Source: Gammaproteobacteria bacterium (GTDB lineage Bacteria > Pseudomonadota > Gammaproteobacteria > Pseudomonadales > JAHEGP01). From it: a stretch of 62,359 nt of DNA. The stretch's first letter is position 1; every line of letters begins with the position of its first letter. Position numbers and translations under genes: made by a program. Of this stretch, positions 47,183 to 55,813 are shown one piece after another. The notes beneath the pieces were generated by a model that was not told the DNA's origin, made no database searches, and saw nothing but the letters and a program-made list of their open reading frames with translations. Where the stretch lies: the NCBI GenBank assembly GCA_030618705.1, contig JAUXCW010000001.1, forward strand, positions 1 through 62,359, in the 5' to 3' direction.

Positions 47183-48163
47183 TCAGCCAGCCCCGAGCGC
47201 ACCACCGCAACTGCTGCCCTGGCCGGCCGTACAAGCATAGCAATGCTCGCCGACCCGGATTGGGGCTCCCACTGCCGGGGTATGCAGCAGGCTCGAAATG
47301 TGCACGCGCCGGGCATCGCTGGCCAGCAGGCCGGAGGGTGCCATCGGCAGGTCTATCATCTGGTTGAAGTCACAGTCGTAGAGGTAACCCTGCCAGTCAA
47401 CACTGAGCTGGGAGCGGCACATGACGCCAGTGAGGTTTTCCTCACTGTAACTGTCCTTGAGAAGCTGCATATAGCCAGCGTATTGCCCCTGCGAGAGCAA
47501 CACGGCACCGAAGCGATTGATCGGCATATTGGCGAGCGTGAACAAACTGTCAAACACGATGCCGTGTCGTTGCTGTAACTCCCGCTTGTAGTCCCCCTCT
47601 AACTGCACCTGTTCAGGCGGCAAATACGGCCCCGCCGGGTTATATACAAGACTCAGCTCGAGCCCTCGCCCCTGGCCGTAACCCAATGCGTTCAATTCGC
47701 GCAGGGCGGAGATACTCTCTTCATAGACCCCCTTGCCCCGTTGTTTGCTGACGTTTTCCTCCTGGTAGCAGGGTAGCGAAGCGACGATGCTCACCCCCTG
47801 CCCGGCGAGAAAACCGGCCATATGCCGATAGCCTGGCTGGCGCAGTATGGTGAGGTTACAGCGGTCTATAACGCTCACGCCCAGGGCCCGCGCCTTACGC
47901 ACCAGGTACTCGAAATGAGGATTCATCTCCGGTGCGCCACCGGTGAGGTCCAGTTGTTTTACCGAGTGTGTAGCCATATACGCCAGCAGGATTTCTATCA
48001 CCTCCAGCGACATCGATTCCGTGCGCTGGGGGCCGGCGTTGACATGGCAATGGGTACAGCTGAGGTTACAGCGATAGCCCAGATTGACCTGGAGGGTTTC
48101 CAATGCGCCCCGCTCAAGTGACGGAAAGTCCGTTTCAAGCAATAGCGCCCGGGTATCTTGCAT
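47183..48163 (-). CDS. arsS: radical SAM / Cys-rich-domain protein of the ArsS family (TIGR04167-like), Cys form
   Basis: LGYRCNLSCTHCHV (CxxxCxxC) and the family-typical C-terminal CYACTAGQGSSCGGAL motif. The symbol reflects family membership only; the substrate here is questioned in the findings. Confidence 0.75.
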   Translation of the reverse strand: MQDTRALLLETDFPSLERGALETLQVNLGYRCNLSCTHCHVNAGPQRTESMSLEVIEILLAYMATHSVKQLDLTGGAPEMNPHFEYLVRKARALGVSVIDRCNLTILRQPGYRHMAGFLAGQGVSIVASLPCYQEENVSKQRGKGVYEESISALRELNALGYGQGRGLELSLVYNPAGPYLPPEQVQLEGDYKRELQQRHGIVFDSLFTLANMPINRFGAVLLSQGQYAGYMQLLKDSYSEENLTGVMCRSQLSVDWQGYLYDCDFNQMIDLPMAPSGLLASDARRVHISSLLHTPAVGAPIRVGEHCYACTAGQGSSCGGALGAG

Positions 48164-48258
48164 AATGACTGCTCTTTCTCTGTTAACAGTTCAAACTACA
48201 ATGTTTTGACCACGCCACACGGCATGGTTCCCTCGAATATTCATCTCCCGACAGGCTT

Positions 48259-49062
48259 TCATCCGCCTTGCTTACTGGCGATGCGAGGCAGGAGGCGGTG
48301 AAATGTATTGGGAGCCATTCGCCGAAGCGCGTAGGCCAGCCTCAGCTTACCCCCCGCGATCACGATTTCGGCCTCGTCTTTAGCCAGGGCTCTCAGCAAC
48401 TGTACGACGAAATCCTCTACCGGCATCCCTGTGGCGATATCCGCATCCACTTCATCAAAGGCCTCCCCACCGCTGGTCAACGCATTGTGTGCCACATCGG
48501 TCTGAACATAACCCGGACAGACCACGTGTACTTGAACACCGGTGTCGGCGATCTCGGCGCGCAGGCAGTCCATAAAGCCGATGATTGCATGTTTGGCAGC
48601 GCAATAGGCGCTGCGCAGCGGGGAACCCAGCTTGCCCGCGATACTGGAGATGGTCACCACATGCCCCTCTCCCCGGTCGATCATCAGCGGCACAAGCCCC
48701 TTGGTCAGCGCCACAGTACCAAAATAATCCACCTCCATGATCTGCCTGTCCACCACCAGGGATGTCTCCAGGGCCAGGCTGCGCTGGCTGATACCGCCGT
48801 TGTTGAACAGGATATCGATACCACCGCTGTTATCCCATGCCTGCAGTGCACAAGCGGCAAGACCGTCGCTATCCGCCAGGTCGAGGACGAGGCATTTGTG
48901 TCGCTCGGGATGTACGCAGGCCTGGCGCACGCTTTCCAGCGCCTCCATTCGCCGCGAGGATAAAACCAGTTTTGCACCCATCGCGGACAGCTGCAGCGCA
49001 AGCTCGCGACCGATACCCGAGGATGCCCCGGTTATCCATACGGTTTTATCCTGGAATTGCAT
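48259..49062 (-). CDS. short-chain dehydrogenase/reductase (classical SDR)
   Basis: TGASSGIGRELA, NNGG, S...YCAAK catalytic motif. First gene of the minus-strand operon. Confidence 0.85.
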   Translation of the reverse strand: MQFQDKTVWITGASSGIGRELALQLSAMGAKLVLSSRRMEALESVRQACVHPERHKCLVLDLADSDGLAACALQAWDNSGGIDILFNNGGISQRSLALETSLVVDRQIMEVDYFGTVALTKGLVPLMIDRGEGHVVTISSIAGKLGSPLRSAYCAAKHAIIGFMDCLRAEIADTGVQVHVVCPGYVQTDVAHNALTSGGEAFDEVDADIATGMPVEDFVVQLLRALAKDEAEIVIAGGKLRLAYALRRMAPNTFHRLLPRIASKQGG

Positions 49063-49121
49063 GATCCTGCTCCCCTCCGACGGTGGCGTTATCCTGTATT
49101 ATCCGTTTGCTTCGTGCAACA

Positions 49122-49161
49122 GCCAATTTGACCCACCCCGTTCAAATACAGTCAAATTGGC
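49122..49161. promoter_or_regulatory. perfect 11-bp inverted repeat (candidate operator) in the SDR/arsS - selD divergent spacer
   Basis: GCCAATTTGAC (49122-49132), 18 nt, GTCAAATTGGC (49151-49161). Roughly central in the 151-nt spacer 49063-49213. Confidence 0.4.
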
Positions 49162-49213
49162 ACCGCTGGACTCTCCAGTGGACCATTCACCATGACAAGT
49201 CGGGATTTCGACC

Positions 49214-51403
49214 ATGCAAGCAGCCAGCGAACACGACCGCGACCTGGTACTGGTAGGCGGCGGCCATAGCCACCTGTCGGTGATCAGGCAACTGGCGATG
49301 GTGCCGATTGCGGGTTTGCGCGTCACCGTGGTGAGCAAGGACATCCACACCCCGTACTCCGGTATGCTACCCGGGCTCATCGCCGGCCATTACAGCGAGG
49401 ACCAGTGTCATATCGACCTGCGTCGCCTGTGCCAGTGGGCCGGGTTCCGCCTGTACCATTCGAGCGCGGTTCGCATAGACAGCCGACAACAAACCGTCCA
49501 TTGCGACAATCGCCCGCCCCTGCGTTACGACTGGCTGTCCATCAATACCGGCTCTACACCCGACCTGTCACGCATCGCCGGCGCCAGGGAGTACGGAGCC
49601 CCGGTCAAGCCCATCGCCGCATTCCTGGCCGCGCTGGAACACTGGCAGGCAAGCTTGCCATCGCGACCGACTCCTGCCTGGCTTACCGTTGTCGGAGGCG
49701 GTGCCGCCGGGGTGGAGCTGGCACTGGCAATCCAATATCGAATGCACAGGCAGGGACCACCAGGCAAGGTGCGCTATCGCCTGGTAAGCGCAGATAAGCG
49801 CTTGCTGCCTAGCCACAACCACCGCGTCGCGGGCTATTTCACCCATCTGCTAGAGGAGCGAGGCATCGAGCTGAACCTCGAACAGCGGGTGGACAAACTC
49901 GATGAGCACACGCTGTACAGCACCACAGGAGCAGAGCTGAAAAGTGATTTCACCGTGCTGGCGACCCATGCCGCGGCCCCGGCATGGCTGCGCGACAGCG
50001 ATATCGCTGTCGATCAGCGGGGTTTTATCCGGGTCAGCGACGAGATGCGCAGCACCTCCCACGACAATATTTTTGCCGGCGGAGACTGCGCCAGTATAGA
50101 GGGCGAAAACATACCCAGGAGCGGGGTCTATGCGGTGCGCCAGGGCCCGGTAATGGCCGAAAATATCAGGCGCCTGATCGAGGGACGCGGCCTGCGCCGC
50201 TACCGCCCGCAACACCGGTTTCTCTCATTGATGGCCACGGGGGAGCGACGGGCAGTTGCCTCACGGGGTCCTCTGTTTGCCGCGGGGGCCTGGGTCTGGC
50301 GCTGGAAGTCCCATATCGACCGGCGTTTTATGGCGAAGTTCAGCGAGTTGCCAGCAATGGCTGACAAGCCTGTCCAGCCAGCCGACGAGGAAATGCGCTG
50401 TGGTGGCTGCGGCGCCAAAGTTGGTAGCCAGGCCTTGCAGCGGGCATTGCAAAAACTGGGTGAGGATACCGGCAGCGGCGCGGCCCTCGCCATCGAGGAT
50501 GCCGTGGTGTTCACCCCTCCCGCCGACCGGCAGATGGTGCAGACCATGGACCACTTCCGGGCCTTTATCGACGACCCCTATCTGGTCGGCCGGATCGGCG
50601 CCAACCACTGCCTGGGGGATATCTATGCCATGGGCGCCACCCCGGATTCCGCACTGGCGCTGGCAAATATACCCTATGGTCACCCACGCATCATGGAGGA
50701 CACCCTGTACCAGCTTATGCGGGGGGCAGTGAGCACCCTGCAAGAGGCCGACGCGCGTTTACTTGGCGGTCACTCCGGCGAGGCCATGGAACTGGCCTTC
50801 GGCATGACAGTTAACGGCCACGTCGCCCCGGGGCAGGCGCTACTAAAAAGCGGCCTGGTGGCCGGACAGGCACTGGTGTTGAGCAAACCCCTGGGCACCG
50901 GCACCCTACTGGCTGCCAATATGCGCCACGCCGCTCGTGGGCGATGGATAGACGGCGCGCTGGAGAACATGCAGCAAAGCAATGCCACAGCTGCAACAAT
51001 AATACGCCAGTTCGGGGCCGGCGCTTGCACCGATGTCACCGGTTTCGGCCTGCTCGGCCACCTGCTGGAAATGCTTCACGCTTCGGGCACCGGCGCCGGG
51101 TTATTCCTGGATGCCATACCGTTATTGCCCGGTGCGGAGCAGTGTCTGCAAAAGCAACTCTTCAGTACGCTGCATCCTGACAACGCGAGCGTGCGCTCAT
51201 ATATTTCTAACGATGTTGCTCAGACGCATACCGCTCGCGTGGATATTCTCTTCGACCCGCAAACCGCCGGCGGCCTGCTCTGCGGTATCGCCGACGAGCG
51301 GGCGAAAGATTGCGTTGCTGCACTAAAGTTGGCAGGCTACCAGGCCGCGGTGGTGGGCCGGGTACTGGATACTGACGGCGAGGTTCGGGTGGAACTGGTT
51401 TAA
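49214..51403 (+). CDS. selD: fusion protein: FAD-dependent pyridine-nucleotide-disulfide oxidoreductase (TIGR03169-like) N-terminal half plus selenide, water dikinase (SelD) C-terminal half
   Basis: N-terminus LVLVGGGHSHLSV, VVGGGAAGVELA and FAGGDCAS (two Rossmann motifs). C-terminus MRCGGCGAKVG (Cys/Lys active-site loop), DDPYLVGRIGANHCLGDIYAMGA, TDVTGFGLLGHL (PurM-like). Confidence 0.85.
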   Translation: MQAASEHDRDLVLVGGGHSHLSVIRQLAMVPIAGLRVTVVSKDIHTPYSGMLPGLIAGHYSEDQCHIDLRRLCQWAGFRLYHSSAVRIDSRQQTVHCDNRPPLRYDWLSINTGSTPDLSRIAGAREYGAPVKPIAAFLAALEHWQASLPSRPTPAWLTVVGGGAAGVELALAIQYRMHRQGPPGKVRYRLVSADKRLLPSHNHRVAGYFTHLLEERGIELNLEQRVDKLDEHTLYSTTGAELKSDFTVLATHAAAPAWLRDSDIAVDQRGFIRVSDEMRSTSHDNIFAGGDCASIEGENIPRSGVYAVRQGPVMAENIRRLIEGRGLRRYRPQHRFLSLMATGERRAVASRGPLFAAGAWVWRWKSHIDRRFMAKFSELPAMADKPVQPADEEMRCGGCGAKVGSQALQRALQKLGEDTGSGAALAIEDAVVFTPPADRQMVQTMDHFRAFIDDPYLVGRIGANHCLGDIYAMGATPDSALALANIPYGHPRIMEDTLYQLMRGAVSTLQEADARLLGGHSGEAMELAFGMTVNGHVAPGQALLKSGLVAGQALVLSKPLGTGTLLAANMRHAARGRWIDGALENMQQSNATAATIIRQFGAGACTDVTGFGLLGHLLEMLHASGTGAGLFLDAIPLLPGAEQCLQKQLFSTLHPDNASVRSYISNDVAQTHTARVDILFDPQTAGGLLCGIADERAKDCVAALKLAGYQAAVVGRVLDTDGEVRVELV

Positions 51404-51612
51404 CCCAAATGCCGCTTACTTATGCCATATTGACGGAGGGGCCGGGGCTTCCAGAGCAGGACCGTGCGCCGGTTGGACCCGGCGCCCGAGCCTACATGGA
51501 TGTATTATCGGGGGGGCGCCTAGCTCGAGTCCTGGGCTGGGAGCCCCGGTCCCTTGCCCAACTACATTGTAAACGCCTTGGCTTATCGGTGCTTCGCTAA
51601 AGTAAGTGCCAA
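51404..51612. repeat. copy B of the structured intergenic repeat (see 29371..29622)
   Basis: Begins right after the selD stop and fills most of the gap to the convergent selU stop. Has a 17-bp closing stem (GGGGCCGGGGCTTCCAG / CTGGGAGCCCCGGTCCC) and internal hairpins (GCGCCGG-TTGGAC-CCGGCGC; TACAT-GG-ATGTA). Confidence 0.85.
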
Positions 51613-51617
51613 CAGGT

Positions 51618-52718
51618 TTAACCCGAAAACAGGCTGGCGCGATCCCGGCACCAGCCGAGTACCGCGGTGTAATCGCCACGATACACCACCCTTGATTCCG
51701 ACCGGGACAACTGATACTCGTACATGGGGTCGTAATAATCGCACAACAAATGGTTAATCCAGGCCTCGTGGGCTGACTGCTCGCCGCTACGCAATGCCAG
51801 CCTCATCAGCTTGTCCAGTTCGGCGTAGTGCTGCAGCCCCAGGCGTTTTTTAATCCTCCCCAGGCTGTCGAGCAGGTGCTGCTGAAGCATCCGCTCGCTG
51901 TTTTGTGGGTCTAGTGCCTGGTATTCGCGGCCCAACTCCAACACATACTCCTGGTAAATACGCTCGATCCGAAAGGCCAGCGGCATTTCCACGATGACCA
52001 GCGGCGCCTTGCGCATACTGCGAAACAACTCCGCGGGCAGGGAGACAGCTCCGATGCTGTGACTCTCATCTTCAAAAAACAAGTCGACCCCGGGCTGGTG
52101 TTCGGTGACAGTCAACAGATCGATGGCCAGGCGGTGTTCAAAATCGACCTGGGAGGGGGGCTCGGTGGCATGGCGGCCAAAGCTCGAGCCCCGGTGGTGG
52201 GCGTGGTGTTCCAGGTCGATGCCGGTGGCCAGCTCTTGCACCAACGGGGTTTTCGCCGCGCCGGTCTGGCCGCCGATCACCACCATGCCCCGACTGCCAG
52301 CGACGTTTTCGGTCACCGACATCAGGTAGCCACGCAGGGCCTTGTATCCGCCCTCGATCACCGGCACTTCACAACCGGCCTCGGCCATCCACTCGGCAGC
52401 CAGGTTGGAGCGCATGCCGCCACGCCAACAGTACAGATGGGTACTGCGCTGCGCCCGGGCAAACTCGCACCATGCCGCCACCCGCGCCGCCTTTACATCG
52501 CCACCGACCAGTTTATGCCCCAGGTCGACAGCCGCATCCCGCCCTTCCTGCTTATAGACCGTGCCGACCCTGGCCCGCTCCCCTGTGGTCAGTATCGGTA
52601 GATTGCGGGCGCCGGGAAATGCACCTTTGATGAATTCGACATCGGCGCGCACATCGATAAACGACGTCCCGTCGAGAAACAGGCGCTTGAATTGGTCGGC
52701 TCGTATCAGCTGTGTCAT
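51618..52718 (-). CDS. selU: tRNA 2-selenouridine(34) synthase
   Basis: Rhodanese active site YCWRGGMRS, N-terminus FIDVRADVEFIKGAFPGARNLP...GTVYKQEG, P-loop GGQTGAAKT. Close resemblance to E. coli YbbB/MnmH. Confidence 0.85.
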   Translation of the reverse strand: MTQLIRADQFKRLFLDGTSFIDVRADVEFIKGAFPGARNLPILTTGERARVGTVYKQEGRDAAVDLGHKLVGGDVKAARVAAWCEFARAQRSTHLYCWRGGMRSNLAAEWMAEAGCEVPVIEGGYKALRGYLMSVTENVAGSRGMVVIGGQTGAAKTPLVQELATGIDLEHHAHHRGSSFGRHATEPPSQVDFEHRLAIDLLTVTEHQPGVDLFFEDESHSIGAVSLPAELFRSMRKAPLVIVEMPLAFRIERIYQEYVLELGREYQALDPQNSERMLQQHLLDSLGRIKKRLGLQHYAELDKLMRLALRSGEQSAHEAWINHLLCDYYDPMYEYQLSRSESRVVYRGDYTAVLGWCRDRASLFSG

Positions 52719-52830
52719 CGGTTTGTCGCACCCTTGAATACGGGGGACATACTAAGGGACGCGGGCCCAAACGCAAGAGCATGGCCAGCCGTATTCGGAC
52801 GTTGTATCATCCGCCCGCGCCCGATAATCG

Positions 52831-54753
52831 ATGACAGAGGAATTCGGCAGCCCCATGACCCCACAAAGACCCGTCTGGCTTTTCAGCATGGATTCCGACC
52901 ATTTCCATGCGGTGCCCACCACCACCGGCGCACTCATGGCCTACTACCGGCATTACGGCAGCCAGGTGGATGCCACTGACATACGCTTGCTGCACTTCCG
53001 GGACGAAACGGACATTCACGAATGGGTTGAAAACGGCCTGTACGCGATGATTGAACAGTGTCGAGCATCTCTTGCGCGAGGCCTCACGCCGGTCGCCGGT
53101 TTCAGTTTCTACACCTGGAACGCCGCGGAATTCCTCGACCTGATCCACACCCTCAAGACCCTGTGCCCCGGCATTCTGGTCATCGCCGGCGGCCCCCACG
53201 TACAACAGGCCGAGGACTACCTGCACCAGGACCACATCGACCTGGTGATCCTGGGTGAAGGCGAGGCCACGCTCCAACAACTACTGGACGACCCCCACGT
53301 CGACAACTGGGGCAATATCAACGGCCTGGCCTTTCTTGACGAAAACGGTCACGTCTGTAAAACCCCCGAGCGCAAGCGCGAGACCGAGCTCGATAAGCTG
53401 CCATCCGCACTGGATGTCATCCCCCTGACCGACGGGGACGGCAAGCCCCTGTACGACTCGATCTCCTACGAAACCAGCCGCGGCTGTCCCTTCAAGTGCG
53501 CGTTTTGCGAGTGGGGCACCGGCGCCATCGGCACCAAAATGGTCCAGCATTCCATGGCGCGAATTAGCCGGGACTGGCACAGGGTAATCGATGCGGGCAT
53601 CCAGAATATCTGGCTGGCAGACTCAAATTTTGGCGCCCTCAAGGAGGATATCGACAAGACGCGGTTGATCTGTGAATTCAAGGAGCGCACCGGGCTGCCC
53701 AGGACATTCGCCACCTCCTGGTCGAAGAAGCACAGCAGCAAGGTCCAGCAGATCGTACTCATGCTTCACGACCACGGCCTGCTGCCCCACTACCAACTGG
53801 CACTGCAAACCCTCACGCCGCTGGCACTGGAGTTATCTAACCGCAGCAATATGGACGCCAATAAATACCAGCCCATCGCCCGGCAGATGGCCGCTGCAGG
53901 TGTTCCCATCGCGGCGGAACTGATCTGGGGCCTGCCCGGCGACAACCTGGCGGAATTCGAGAGCAACCTCGACACCCTGCTGGCCACCTTCCCCAACATC
54001 AACATCTTTGGCTATACCCTGCTACCGGGAACCGAGTTCTATGAAAAGCGCGAGCACTACCGGATCAAGGTCATTCCCGTCGCCGGTTACGGCAAGGCCA
54101 AGGGAGAATATGTCGTCGGTTGCCACACTTTCAGCACCGATGAGGGCAAAGAGGGCTACTTTCTGATCACTGCCCATATGATCCTGATCCACGGCTATAT
54201 CATGCCCCTCACCACACGGTTTCTCGCCATGCAGGACGACATTCCTGCGACGCCGCTGTTGCGCGCCACCCTGCGAGCCCTGCTCGAGGAATACCGCGGT
54301 GAGTTTCAAAAGCTCGACCTCGATGATCGAATGGCCATCTACGAGGACCGCGCCCAGCTCTATCTTCACTTTATGCACGACCTGGACCGCAGTTTTCGAT
54401 GTATTGAACGATCATTACGTGAGTGGCTCGAGCAACATCATGCGGGCAAAGCGGTATTCGCACAGGCGATAAATATATTGCACCTGGACCGGGCCTGTTG
54501 CCCCCGCCGGGGCGAGGGCCATGTGCTAACCGAGGAATTCAGTTTCAATGCCGACAGTGCTGCCCGCAAGCTGCTGTCAATGGAACTGCCCACCACTGAC
54601 GATTTCATGGCCCGAAAGCAAGTTCTGCACATCGAACAACCCGGTGGTGTCGGCGAGGTACTGAAAGACCCCGATGGCGGCAGCTGGATCAAGGGCAATA
54701 TTCTCAAGCCGGTCAAGGCCGACGCCATCGCCAGCACGCTTCTCAACCAGTGA
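52831..54753 (+). CDS. B12-binding-domain radical SAM protein with a long C-terminal extension
   Basis: ILVIAGGPHV...DLVILGEGE (B12-binding-like), YETSRGCPFKCAFCEWG (CxxxCxxC). 640 aa. Start uncertain (52831 or 52855). Confidence 0.7.
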   Translation: MTEEFGSPMTPQRPVWLFSMDSDHFHAVPTTTGALMAYYRHYGSQVDATDIRLLHFRDETDIHEWVENGLYAMIEQCRASLARGLTPVAGFSFYTWNAAEFLDLIHTLKTLCPGILVIAGGPHVQQAEDYLHQDHIDLVILGEGEATLQQLLDDPHVDNWGNINGLAFLDENGHVCKTPERKRETELDKLPSALDVIPLTDGDGKPLYDSISYETSRGCPFKCAFCEWGTGAIGTKMVQHSMARISRDWHRVIDAGIQNIWLADSNFGALKEDIDKTRLICEFKERTGLPRTFATSWSKKHSSKVQQIVLMLHDHGLLPHYQLALQTLTPLALELSNRSNMDANKYQPIARQMAAAGVPIAAELIWGLPGDNLAEFESNLDTLLATFPNINIFGYTLLPGTEFYEKREHYRIKVIPVAGYGKAKGEYVVGCHTFSTDEGKEGYFLITAHMILIHGYIMPLTTRFLAMQDDIPATPLLRATLRALLEEYRGEFQKLDLDDRMAIYEDRAQLYLHFMHDLDRSFRCIERSLREWLEQHHAGKAVFAQAINILHLDRACCPRRGEGHVLTEEFSFNADSAARKLLSMELPTTDDFMARKQVLHIEQPGGVGEVLKDPDGGSWIKGNILKPVKADAIASTLLNQ

Positions 54754-54789
54754 CATCCCGTATCGAATCATGCGTACAGGGCCCGGACA

Positions 54790-55521
54790 ATGAATGATTC
54801 GGTATTGACCATCCCGCTACCCCAACTGGCGATCGCTTTTATCCCCGCCGCCCTGGTCATCGTTATCCTGTTCAAGTGGTCGCTGCAAGCCAATACGGCG
54901 ATATACGCCCTGGCGCGGATGTTAGGGCAGCTATTGCTGATCGGCTACCTGCTCAGCTATATTTTCGACACCGAAAGTGCATGGATCGTACTCGCGGTGC
55001 TTATGGTCATGGTCGCCGCCGCCAGCTGGATTGCCCTGCGCACCGTCAGCCTGGATCGCAAGCGTCTCTACTTCTTCTCCCTGTTGTCCATCGCCGTTGG
55101 CGGCGGTGTGACGCTCCTTACTGTCAGCCAGGCGGTGCTGGCAATCGAGCCCTTTTATCTGCCACGCTACCTGGTCCCGCTGGCCGGCATGGTATTCGCC
55201 AATGCGATGAACGCGGTCAGCCTGGCCGCCGATCGACTACAGGCGGAACTGGCCCGCGACACACCCTGGCTGGAGGCACGAAACACGGCACTGAACGCGG
55301 CTATGATTCCCAATATCAACACCCTGTTTGCTGTCGGCCTGGTGTCACTGCCAGGCATGATGACCGGGCAAATCCTCTCGGGAATCTCGCCCTTGATCGC
55401 CGTGCGCTACCAGATTATGGTGATGTGCATGATATTCGCCGCCGCCGGCCTATCCACTGCGCTGTTCCTGGTGTTAGTCAGGAACCACCGTTGGGTCGCG
55501 GTCGGCAAGCAAACGACTTGA
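54790..55521 (+). CDS. UPF0014 (YbbM/FetB-like) ABC-type permease, no cognate ATPase adjacent
   Basis: Polytopic protein. LGQLLLIGYLLSYIF and SLPGMMTGQILSGISP motifs resemble the FetB family. Confidence 0.55.
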   Translation: MNDSVLTIPLPQLAIAFIPAALVIVILFKWSLQANTAIYALARMLGQLLLIGYLLSYIFDTESAWIVLAVLMVMVAAASWIALRTVSLDRKRLYFFSLLSIAVGGGVTLLTVSQAVLAIEPFYLPRYLVPLAGMVFANAMNAVSLAADRLQAELARDTPWLEARNTALNAAMIPNINTLFAVGLVSLPGMMTGQILSGISPLIAVRYQIMVMCMIFAAAGLSTALFLVLVRNHRWVAVGKQTT

Positions 55522-55555
55522 GGGCGGGCCGCAACCCTCACAAGCGGGAGCGCAG

Positions 55556-55795
55556 ATGACCATTCGCAAGGGTATCTACCAACACTTCAAGGGTATGCGC
55601 TACCAGGTGCTGGAACTTGCGAGGCACAGCGAAACAGCTGAAGAATACGTGGTGTACCGCGCACTCTACGGCGACCGCGGCGTCTGGATAAGACCCCTCG
55701 CCATGTTTACCGGGACCGTCGAGCGCGACGGTGTGCGAATAAAACGCTTTACCCTGATCCAGGCGGATGCGGATGCACAGGCCGATGAAGATTGA
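55556..55795 (+). CDS. DUF1653-family small protein
   Basis: GIYQHFKGMRYQVLELARHSETAEEYVVYRALYGD..VWIRPLAMF is the characteristic DUF1653 core. Confidence 0.65.
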   Translation: MTIRKGIYQHFKGMRYQVLELARHSETAEEYVVYRALYGDRGVWIRPLAMFTGTVERDGVRIKRFTLIQADADAQADED

Positions 55796-55813
55796 AATTC
55801 GCAAGGCGGCGAC

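Noticed and set aside
47183-48163. Selenocysteine (in-frame TGA) recoding in the ArsS-like gene, or elsewhere near selD.
   Set aside because: The C-terminal motif is encoded entirely with Cys codons (CYACTAGQGSSCGG) and the ORF is uninterrupted. No selA, selB, selC or SECIS-like hairpin was seen in the window.
51409-51679. ORFs inside the structured repeats (51409..51600 plus strand, 51416..51679 minus strand, and 28943..29590 minus strand) as real protein genes.
   Set aside because: They exist because the repeat lacks stops. Copy A has no start codon for the conserved part, and the minus-frame differences between copies are non-synonymous. The short plus-frame peptide option is kept only as an open question in the findings.
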